Source of the DNA: a virus
Lineage: Duplodnaviria > Heunggongvirae > Uroviricota > Caudoviricetes
Virus record (IMG/VR): IMGVR_UViG_2868597578_000002
Reading direction: 5' to 3' (one strand)
Length of the DNA stretch: 64,000 nt
Shown here: piece after piece, positions 15,967 through 24,089 of the stretch
Layout: each line of letters starts with the position of its first letter
How positions within the stretch are numbered: position 1 is the stretch's first letter
The notes under the pieces: model-generated
What the model was told of the DNA's origin: nothing
The model's input: only the letters and a program-made list of their open reading frames with translations
The model's database searches: none
Program-made: the position numbers and the translations under genes

Positions 15967-17246
15967 TGAGCAAAAGAATGTTGGTTGAAGTACACGCAGG
16001 AAAAAGATATGGCATTTCACGTTTAAACTGTGATGGAGCAGGACAGGTGAAAGATGTAATTATTGATAATGAAAGATACAACAGAATTTCGTCACAGTCA
16101 AAGAAAAAAGTATGGCGTGAAAATTTAGAAAAACGCCTGGAGCGATTAAATGGTGACAGCATGGAACATGTATACAGAACCAGAGCAATGAAAGATATCT
16201 TTAAAAAAGAATTCTTAAGAAAAGAAGCAGGCTTGTATGCTGAAAATGCTGACGCTATGGCTGAATATATTGTCAAAAGTATTTTGTCCTGCTCTCTGGA
16301 GGAAAAAAATGGATTTGATGTTACAAATCAGGTTTTGATTGTCACAAAGTATGACGTTGAAGATATCGTCGAAGTGTTCTGTGATGTCATCAAGACACCC
16401 GATGACTGGGAACAAGCCAAGAAAGAGGCAGCAGAAAAGGAAAAAGAAAATGATAAGAAAAAAGGCAGTAAGGCAAAAAACAGTGCGAAGAATTCGGCCT
16501 CCCAGAGAATCATTTCAGCATTGAAAGCAAAACTGCCATTAAGAAAATATGGTGTTGAGTGTTCATTGTTTGGCAGAATGGCGACGTCTGGTGTAATGGA
16601 AACTGTTGAAAGTGCTATGTGTGTTAATCATAGTTATTCATTAGGGAAAGCCACACTGGACAGCGATTACTATATCGTTGTTGATAACTATCTGTCAGCA
16701 ATGGCAAGCGAAACTGAAAGTGGACAGAGCGGTGCCGGATACTTGGATGAAAAAGAATTTTCCAGTCATGTGTACTATGAATATGCAAGCATTGATGTGG
16801 GGAAATTTTATGACAACCTGACTAAAGGGGTAGACATGTCAGATGAAAAGAATGTACAGCGTATTAAGACCGTGATTATTGAGGCTGTCAAGTGTGTGGT
16901 TAATGATATTGCTACATCTGCTCCGAGCGGCGGCCAAAATTCGTTTGCGTCACGTCCTGACCCGGTTGGTGTATATATTACAATCAAGGAAGACGGAGAA
17001 GGACGTACGGCTGATACATACTGTATTAAAGAAATGGTTAAAAATGGAAGTGCAGCCGCTAAGACTGAAGCTGATAAGTTCCTGAATGCTATGAACGAAT
17101 TTACAAGCGGAGATTTTGCAGATGACTCGGATTACCTGGCAAGAATTTACACCGGAGAATCTCCGGAAATGTTAGATGGTGCTGAGCATATGTCATGGAA
17201 AGAAGCTGTTAAAAAAGTAGGGGATATTATTGATGAAAAATTCTAA
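15966..17246 (+). CDS. cas7: Type I-E Cas7 (Cse4/CasC)
   Basis: LNCDGAGQVK...RISSQSKKKVWRE, LFGRMA, HSYS, DSDYYIVVD, GAGYL, YYEYASID. Confidence 0.92.
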   Translation: MSKRMLVEVHAGKRYGISRLNCDGAGQVKDVIIDNERYNRISSQSKKKVWRENLEKRLERLNGDSMEHVYRTRAMKDIFKKEFLRKEAGLYAENADAMAEYIVKSILSCSLEEKNGFDVTNQVLIVTKYDVEDIVEVFCDVIKTPDDWEQAKKEAAEKEKENDKKKGSKAKNSAKNSASQRIISALKAKLPLRKYGVECSLFGRMATSGVMETVESAMCVNHSYSLGKATLDSDYYIVVDNYLSAMASETESGQSGAGYLDEKEFSSHVYYEYASIDVGKFYDNLTKGVDMSDEKNVQRIKTVIIEAVKCVVNDIATSAPSGGQNSFASRPDPVGVYITIKEDGEGRTADTYCIKEMVKNGSAAAKTEADKFLNAMNEFTSGDFADDSDYLARIYTGESPEMLDGAEHMSWKEAVKKVGDIIDEKF

Positions 17247-17781
17247 AAAATTAAAGCTGGTCTGTTCCGCCATGCTCCAGTCATGGCGAATCAGAAGCCT
17301 TGGGCCATCTCAGAGATACACTGAGCTGGCTCCAACGAAAAGCGGTATCATAGGAATGATTGCCTGTGCATTAGGGTACGAGAGGAACGATAAAAGGATT
17401 GATGTCTTGGCAAATTCCACAGAGCTGTATCTTGATGTTAAAAATTCCGGGTCAATGCTGGAATCGGCAACCATTAATTCAATTGATACGCTGATTGATT
17501 ACCAGACAGTAATGGATAAAGAAAAGGGAATGCCAACGGCAAATGGCGGCCGTTTGTATTCAGCAACGCTGATTGATAAAGAATATCTTGTCTGCCGCAG
17601 GTTTGTGCTATATCTGATTTCCGATGAGGAAACACTAAATAAAATCCAGGCGGCATTAAAGGCTCCTGTATGGCAGTATTATCTCGGAAGCAAATGCTGC
17701 ATTCCGGCAGAACCTGTCAGCCAGGGAATTTCAGGGATTAAGGAGGGCGAAATTAATGATTATCAGCACATTCGAGTGTAA
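17230..17781 (+). CDS. cas5: Type I-E Cas5 (CasD)
   Basis: LQSW...RYTELAPTKSGIIGMIACALG; YLGSKCCIPAEPV. Confidence 0.92.
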   Translation: MMKNSKKLKLVCSAMLQSWRIRSLGPSQRYTELAPTKSGIIGMIACALGYERNDKRIDVLANSTELYLDVKNSGSMLESATINSIDTLIDYQTVMDKEKGMPTANGGRLYSATLIDKEYLVCRRFVLYLISDEETLNKIQAALKAPVWQYYLGSKCCIPAEPVSQGISGIKEGEINDYQHIRV

Positions 17782-18340
17782 AAGCTTTATGCAGAATTCA
17801 GATATCATACATAAAATTATTCAATCAATGTTTCACTGTAACCGTGCATACCATAATGTCCTGTATATGGTAATTGGAAAAAATCTGATAATACAGTCTG
17901 ACATTGAACCGTATGAAATCCCAGACTCATTACGATTAATGAATTCAAGGAACTGTGATGGTATGGCCGCTAACATTAATGCCGGTGACGTTGTTAAAAT
18001 TTTCGCTATGTATGAACCAACAAAAAAACAGGCCAGAATTGGAAAGCGGTCATCAAATATCCTGATTGCAGATGAAAACGACAGAAAAGAATGGGTAAAA
18101 AGAAAATTTATAAATGCCGGCAATGTGATTGCTATTAATGAATTGTCAAAAAATAAACGCCAGGTCACCAAAAGTTGCGGTGATTCTCATCCGGTAAGCG
18201 TATTCGGATACGAATTCCTGCTGCGTGTCAGCGATGCGAACGCATTACGGAACCTGATTAAAAATGGAGTGGGCCGGTCTAAATCATACGGAGCCGGAAT
18301 GTCTCTTGTGATGGGAGTTGAAAAGCAAAAAATCATTTAA
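17756..18340 (+). CDS. cas6e: Type I-E Cas6e (Cse3/CasE) crRNA endonuclease
   Basis: HKIIQSMF; C-terminal Gly-rich loop GVGRSKSYGAGM. Confidence 0.88.
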   Translation: MIISTFECKSFMQNSDIIHKIIQSMFHCNRAYHNVLYMVIGKNLIIQSDIEPYEIPDSLRLMNSRNCDGMAANINAGDVVKIFAMYEPTKKQARIGKRSSNILIADENDRKEWVKRKFINAGNVIAINELSKNKRQVTKSCGDSHPVSVFGYEFLLRVSDANALRNLIKNGVGRSKSYGAGMSLVMGVEKQKII

Positions 18341-18400
18341 AAAAATGAAAATGCGGCGGATTTTTCGGCATATTGAAGATGTGGATGAGGCAAGAACAAC

Positions 18401-18460
18401 ATTTGTGCAAATTGCACAACGAAGTGTTTGAGACGGCTGAAAGCCGCATAAACACTAAGT
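18401..18460 (+). promoter_or_regulatory. CRISPR leader 1, conserved 60-bp block
   Basis: 55/60 identical to 22031-22090; TTGTGCA/TGCACAA palindrome and AGTGTTT..CGGC-TGAAA-GCCG..AAACACT hairpin; GCATATTG at 18368. Confidence 0.85.
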
Positions 18461-18559
18461 GTCTGCCTCTCGCAGGAGGGGATGAATCGACCATTGTAGC
18501 CTGCGGCCGACCGGTTCTGATGTCTGCCCCTCGTATGAGGGGATGAATCATTAGATTAG

Positions 18560-18986
18560 GATATAAAGCGGGAATCCTCGGCAATTAAATTACCGAGATA
18601 AAAGCGACTAATAAATAAAAGTATCGCTTGCGATTTTTTAAAAAAATATATCCAAACAAGCAAATTTTTCAGCATATTATATATGAGCATAAAAGAGACG
18701 TTCTCTTACCTTAAGAATAGGTTGCTCATTACAATATAAAGCAGCGGCCTGAAGCAAGTATGCAGAAAAGAAATAGTCTCTGACTGTTGCACCTTCTGTT
18801 TAAAGCTTCAGGCCCATAGGAGCCTCGCCGTGTCCTGTTGTGGCATGTCTGCAGCCGGGCCTCTGTCCAGGGATATTTCTGGTGCATACGCTTGCATATG
18901 CGTTGGTTGTATTTCTCGCAGATAAAAGTAGTTGTTTTACCTGGGTGTCTTCGGATGCTCGGTGATTCAATTGCCGAGAGGTTCAC
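18560..18986 (+). mobile_element. Non-autonomous IS200/IS605-type element, copy 2 (427 bp), inside CRISPR spacer 2
   Basis: Flanks TTAGATTAG (9 nt) + GAGGAAACATGAGTGTGCCACTC (23 nt) rejoin to 32 nt; left hairpin 18577-18597 preceded by AATC, right hairpin preceded by GATG, end TCAC. Confidence 0.9.
18684..18986 (+). ncRNA. Structured RNA carried by the IS200/IS605-type element (omega-RNA-like candidate)
   Basis: Downstream of internal GCATATTA (18672); ATGAGCA/TGCTCAT junction, GGCCTGAAGC/GCTTCAGGCC stem with compensatory G18747:C18813 versus A7888:T7954 in copy 1, cUUCGg hairpin 18943-18960. Confidence 0.65.
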
Positions 18987-19491
18987 GAGGAAACATGAGT
19001 GTGCCACTCGTCTGCCCCTCGTATGAGGGGATGAATCTATATATGACCAAAAAAATAAAACAAAAAAAAGTCTGTCCCTCGCAGGAGGGGATGAATCCGC
19101 GTTGGTTATCGGGTATGATGCATATAAAGCCGTCTGCTCCTCGCAGGAGGGGATGAATCGTTGCTTCGTCAATAAGCGTATCCAGTTCATCAGTCTGCCC
19201 CTCGCAGGAGGGGATGAATCGATTGGAAACCGGGACGAACACTTGCCGCTCAAGTCTGTCCCTCACAGGAGGGGGTGAATCGGGCAGTAAAATCAATTAT
19301 ACGGCTATTACAGGCGTCTGCCCCTCGTATGAGGGGATGAATCGAACCGGAGCGTCAGCATCTCATACCAGGACAAGTCTGCCCTTCGTATGAGGGGATT
19401 GCTCGGCAAACAAACTTTCATCCGAATTGTATGAAATGTCTGCCCCTCTCCGGAGGGGATATAACGTTATTTTTTTTTCGGAGGAACAATA

Positions 19492-21945
19492 ATGGACATA
19501 ACAAACATATGGGCAAAAACAGCCCCAAAAAAATCTTTAATCAATCACATGCTGGAGACCGGAATAGTCGCAGAGTGCCTGACTGATACGAATGGTATTT
19601 ACTATCCGGTGCTGAACAGGCTGTCTGAAATAACTGGTTGTGATAGTGATACGTTGTTAGCAAAAATCATGTTTATATGTGCCATTCACGACATAGGAAA
19701 AACACACCCGACATTTCAAGGCCGTGATGAGGAAACGCTGGAAATATTAAAACATGAGGGCTTAAATCAAGTGTCATTTGACACTCGGTTTAGACATGAA
19801 CAGTATGGTGCGAATATCTTTGACAAATTGAGCGCTGAAGATGTTGATATAAAAAATTCAGATATTATATCTCAAATTATCAGGATGCATCACCAAAAAG
19901 AACAGAAAAAAAATTCTGATATTGATATTATAAAAATTGATGATAAAGAAAAGGCAAAAAAATGGATGCATATCCAGAATGAGATTTATGATTATATAAA
20001 GAATGTTTTTCAATTTGACAATCTAAATTTGATAAACAAAAATATCAGCAAGTCAGAACTGTTTGTAGTACAAAATGCAATCTTAGGTATAATGATTACC
20101 TCGGATTGGATAGCATCAAACAACTACGTGTTCGACAATCAATCGTATGAAAATATAGACGAATTTTTGAAATCAAGAAAGATTCAGGCGCTGAAATTCC
20201 TGAACAATGAGGGGATGATACGGCAGCAAATTCCAGTGATGCAGGATTTCAGGAGTGCATTTGGATTCAATGGAAGACCGGTACAAAATGATATTGAAAA
20301 AATTGTACATAAAAATGACATTAAATGTATGCTGATTGAATCCGATTGCGGTTCTGGAAAAACCGAGGCGGCGTTGTATGCAGCCGCCGTTCTGGGCAAT
20401 CGTTCTGGGTTATCTGGAATATATATGGGGCTACCGACCGGCGTTTCTGCAGAAGCGATTCAAGACCGTGTGGATGAATTTTTAACTTCACACGGTATGC
20501 GAAACACGAAGCTGTATACGTCAAAATCAATGCTATTAAGGGAGCCAGATAAAAAGCCTGTATGGACGGATATGTCTCGTCAGAGATTATTGGCATCATC
20601 TGCTGTTGGTACGGTTGACCAGGTAATGACTGCTGCCAGGCTGGTGAGGTTTGAGAGTGTCCGAATGGATGGTTTGGCGTCAAAGGTGCTGATTATTGAC
20701 GAAATTCACGCGTATGACGCATATATGCTTGCCGTGATAAAGGATTTGCTGAAGATATGTAAAGAACTTGGTGTTCCAGTCATTATGTTGTCGGCTACAT
20801 TACCAATATCTACAAAAAAAGATTTGCTGGGCGCGCTTGGCAATGGAGATATAGAATTGCATAACGGATACCCGGTGATATCGTATGTTACAAAAGATGG
20901 AAGTGTGCATGAGCACGTATCACACCAATATATGCCTGATAAAAAAATCTCGTGCGAGCTGCTGTCGATATTAAACGACAATGATAAAATTGCACGATAT
21001 GCAGTTGATGCAGTCAAAGATGGAGGGTGTGAATGCGTGATTATGAATACAGTCGCAGATGCAATCTGCGTATATGACAAAATCAAAAAAAACAAAAAGA
21101 ATGACTGTAAAATAATTCTATATCATTCCAGAATGACTATAAATGCACGAGATGAGACGAGTCGGAAGATTTTGGCAATGTGTGGTAAAAATAGAACTGA
21201 AAGACCTGAACGTGTCATTATTGTTGGAACGCAGGTTTTAGAGCAATCCCTTGATATTGATGTTGATTATATGATAACTGCAATCTGTCCGATTGACTTG
21301 TTATTCCAGAGAATAGGACGATATCACAGACATGGGGATGCGGGGACTATCAGGGAACATGTAGTTGTTGCGAATACTGTCCAGGTGTTAATTCCGTCCG
21401 ATTTGTCCAGTTATGGCGGGACTGAGTATGTTTATAAAAAATGTTATCTTGACGCAACGATTGACGCAATTCGGGAACATAATGGTCATCTATTGATACC
21501 GTCAGGTATGCCTGACATGATTAATTATGTATACAGTCATGCCTCAATTGATGTGCGTGTTCGTCAAATTATAGACGAGGCAAATTCAGATAACGGAAAT
21601 ATCAAAATTGAAAACGGGTTTGAAATATACACAAGGAGAAACAACCTGACAGATAAAAACCTGAATGTCCGTTTGTCAAATACCGATGAGGTGATGACTC
21701 AAATTGCGATATTGAATGATGCGGAAATTGAAACGTTAGGACAGAGCAGTGAGGCAGACATAGAGTTGTTTAAAGGTCGTGTGGTAGCTGTCAGGGAGTC
21801 AAAAGTTAAAAATTTTAAGAATTTCTGCAAGCCTGAAACAGGAATCTTTAAAGATGTACAAATATACACAAAAAATGATTGTGTGAGCGAAGGCAAAGAA
21901 ATTGTTATAGACGATGAATACGGAATGAGGATTGAAAAAATATAA
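19492..21945 (+). CDS. cas3: Cas3 HD nuclease-helicase
   Basis: WAKT...NHMLE, HDIGK, RHEQYG, MHHQ, SDWIAS, GSGKTEAAL, DEIHAYD, SATLP, EQSLDID, QRIGRYHRH. Confidence 0.97.
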   Translation: MDITNIWAKTAPKKSLINHMLETGIVAECLTDTNGIYYPVLNRLSEITGCDSDTLLAKIMFICAIHDIGKTHPTFQGRDEETLEILKHEGLNQVSFDTRFRHEQYGANIFDKLSAEDVDIKNSDIISQIIRMHHQKEQKKNSDIDIIKIDDKEKAKKWMHIQNEIYDYIKNVFQFDNLNLINKNISKSELFVVQNAILGIMITSDWIASNNYVFDNQSYENIDEFLKSRKIQALKFLNNEGMIRQQIPVMQDFRSAFGFNGRPVQNDIEKIVHKNDIKCMLIESDCGSGKTEAALYAAAVLGNRSGLSGIYMGLPTGVSAEAIQDRVDEFLTSHGMRNTKLYTSKSMLLREPDKKPVWTDMSRQRLLASSAVGTVDQVMTAARLVRFESVRMDGLASKVLIIDEIHAYDAYMLAVIKDLLKICKELGVPVIMLSATLPISTKKDLLGALGNGDIELHNGYPVISYVTKDGSVHEHVSHQYMPDKKISCELLSILNDNDKIARYAVDAVKDGGCECVIMNTVADAICVYDKIKKNKKNDCKIILYHSRMTINARDETSRKILAMCGKNRTERPERVIIVGTQVLEQSLDIDVDYMITAICPIDLLFQRIGRYHRHGDAGTIREHVVVANTVQVLIPSDLSSYGGTEYVYKKCYLDATIDAIREHNGHLLIPSGMPDMINYVYSHASIDVRVRQIIDEANSDNGNIKIENGFEIYTRRNNLTDKNLNVRLSNTDEVMTQIAILNDAEIETLGQSSEADIELFKGRVVAVRESKVKNFKNFCKPETGIFKDVQIYTKNDCVSEGKEIVIDDEYGMRIEKI

Positions 21946-22030
21946 AAAAATATTTGGAAAAATGGCAAAAAAAATATTTTTTCGGCATATTATATGCAGA
22001 GGAAATGATGCGTGACGAGTTGAAAATGGT

Positions 22031-22090
22031 ATTTGTGCAAATTGCACAACGAGGTGTTTAAGGCGGCTGAAAGCCGCATAAACATTGAGT
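22031..22090 (+). promoter_or_regulatory. CRISPR leader 2, conserved 60-bp block
   Basis: Duplicate of leader 1; GCATATTA at 21985. Confidence 0.85.
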
Positions 22091-22487
22091 GTCTGCCCCT
22101 CGCAAGAGGGGATGAATCGAATGCTACTCCGGGCCAGTTCTACGCATACAGGTCTGCCCCTCGCAAGAGGGGATGAATCGAAGAATGGGATAGGTAATTT
22201 TGATAGTACAAAAGTCTGCCCCTCGCAAGAGGGGGATGAATCGAGCGATGAAGAAATTTCAAACATTGCAAATGTGTCTGCTCCTCGTAGGAGGGGATGA
22301 ATCGAGGGATGCCCTCCCTCTGGTCAGTTCATCCCTGTCTGCCCCTCGTATGAGGGGATGTTTCATTTGGAGTATGTAATCGGTATGACTTGCGAACGTT
22401 TGCCTCTCGCAGGAGGGGATGTCTCATGGAAACACTGGAATATGAGATACCTAGTTGAGCCTGCCTCTCACATGAGGGGATGTTTTT
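22091..22487 (+). CRISPR. Type I-E CRISPR array 2: 7 repeats, 6 spacers (32-33 nt)
   Basis: Repeats at 22091, 22152, 22214, 22276, 22337, 22398, 22459; last three have degenerate 3' ends. Confidence 0.96.
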
Positions 22488-22587
22488 ATTTTTGCTAATT
22501 TGTAACGCAATTTTTTTTCTTCTGTAAAATTCATCATATTATGCTTGTAAAACTAAAAAATAACAAAGAAAAGGAGAAAGAAAAAAA

Positions 22588-23574
22588 ATGAGTTATGCAG
22601 ATTTAGTATTTAAAAATATGTGTCAGGACATTCTGGAAAACGGAACTGATACCCGTGGGGAAGCGGTTAGGCCGCATTGGCCGGATGGCACCGCAGCCTA
22701 CACAATCAAAAAATTCGGCATATGTAACCGGTATGACCTGCGAAAAGAATTCCCCGCACTGACGCTGAGAAAAACGGCGCTGAAGAGTGCGATGGATGAA
22801 ATTTTGTGGATTTGGCAGAAAAAGTCAAATAACATTGCCGATTTAAACAGCCACATTTGGGACAGCTGGGCTGATGAGGATGGCAGCATTGGTGAGGCAT
22901 ATGGCTATCAGCTTGAGAAAAAATTCCAATGTAAGGATGTAACACTTGAAGGACTGCGGACCGCATTTCCGGATGGCGAATACGAGCGGGTTGGTTTTGG
23001 TACCGAAATGTTTGTCGCGTTTGATGATGATGGCAATGTCGCCCGCTGGTATGCAGTTAAAACACTAGGTGAACCGTGGAGCATGGACCAGGTGGACAAG
23101 GTTATTTATGACCTGAAAAATACACCGTTCAGCCGCAGAATTATGACAAATATTTATAATTTTGCAGACCTTCACGCAATGAATTTGTATCCATGTGCTT
23201 ACAGTATGACGTTTAATGTCACTCAGGATAAGGACTCTGACCGATTGGTTTTAAATGCTATTCTGAATCAGCGTTCTAACGATATCCTTGCTGCCGGCAA
23301 TTGGAATGTATGCCAGTATGCATTGCTGGTAATGATGATTGCCCAGGTGTGCGATATGATTCCAGGCGAGCTGGTGCATATGATTGCTGATGCACATATC
23401 TATGACAGGCATGTTGATATTATTAAGGAGTTGCTGACGCGAGAGCCGCTGCCGGCTCCGGTTGTAAGATTGAATCCGGATGTAAAGAATTTTTATGAGT
23501 TCACTGTTGATGATTTGATTGTTGAGAATTATCAGACGCATCCGCAGATTAAGGACATTCCGGTGGCGATTTAA
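22588..23574 (+). CDS. thyA: Thymidylate synthase with ~45-aa insertion
   Basis: RPHW.DG, TLRKT, DEILWIW, YGYQL, SRRIM, LYPCAY, QRSND, HIYDRH. Confidence 0.97.
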   Translation: MSYADLVFKNMCQDILENGTDTRGEAVRPHWPDGTAAYTIKKFGICNRYDLRKEFPALTLRKTALKSAMDEILWIWQKKSNNIADLNSHIWDSWADEDGSIGEAYGYQLEKKFQCKDVTLEGLRTAFPDGEYERVGFGTEMFVAFDDDGNVARWYAVKTLGEPWSMDQVDKVIYDLKNTPFSRRIMTNIYNFADLHAMNLYPCAYSMTFNVTQDKDSDRLVLNAILNQRSNDILAAGNWNVCQYALLVMMIAQVCDMIPGELVHMIADAHIYDRHVDIIKELLTREPLPAPVVRLNPDVKNFYEFTVDDLIVENYQTHPQIKDIPVAI

Positions 23575-23649
23575 CACGTGCTTTGCATAATGCGGCAGTG
23601 AAAACAATAGGCTGCCGCAAAAATAACAAAATCAGAAAGGAAAAATAAT

Positions 23650-23898
23650 ATGAAAATTGTGCGAGACGGAAAAGAATATGAGTTAACATCTGAAGAGCTG
23701 GCTGCAGCGAGTGCAGAGTTTGTAACAAATTTCATGAAAAGTGAGATGATGGGGCGTTGCGAAATTTCTGATGAAGAACTTGCTGAAGAGCTTGCTGAAA
23801 AAGCATATGACAGATATTGCGAAGGAAACGGAGAGACAGAAGGAGAGTGTATTGACTGGGCTTATTACTCATGGCTTGAATCTGCAAAAGAAGAATAA
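23650..23898 (+). CDS. Small acidic hypothetical protein
   Basis: 82 aa, GAAAGG RBS, terminator after. Confidence 0.7.
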   Translation: MKIVRDGKEYELTSEELAAASAEFVTNFMKSEMMGRCEISDEELAEELAEKAYDRYCEGNGETEGECIDWAYYSWLESAKEE

Positions 23899-24089
23899 TC
23901 CTGCTGCTTAATTGGCAGCCCTGCTTTGGGCAGGGCTGTTTTTTTGCGGCAGAAAAATCAGAGAAAGAAAAAAGCATGCAAAGAAAAGAGAAAACGAATA
24001 CTCAAAAAAATCTTAAAAAAGAACAAAAAAAAGAGAAAAAGAACCAGCTGTCTATGCGACAGCTGGTTCAATGTTGAAAAAGTGTTTCG

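Larger units (their letters stand above)
18461..19466 (+). CRISPR. Type I-E CRISPR array 1: 10 repeats, 9 spacers (31-33 nt), spacer 2 interrupted by an IS-type element
   Basis: 29-nt repeat GTCTGCCCCTCGYAKGAGGGGATGAATCG starting at 18461, 18522, 19010, 19070, 19132, 19193, 19254, 19316, 19377, 19438. Confidence 0.97.

Noticed and set aside
18560-18986. Group I intron / IStron that would splice out of the spacer or tRNA
   Set aside because: AAGAAATAGTCT and GACTA resemble S and R elements, but R lies only ~45 nt from the 5' end, the upstream exon ends in G rather than U, and no P3-P7 core could be built.
19161-19192. Self-targeting of cas3 by array 1 spacer 5
   Set aside because: Only about 13 of 16 bases match the reverse strand near 21565-21580 and the rest does not align; consistent with chance.
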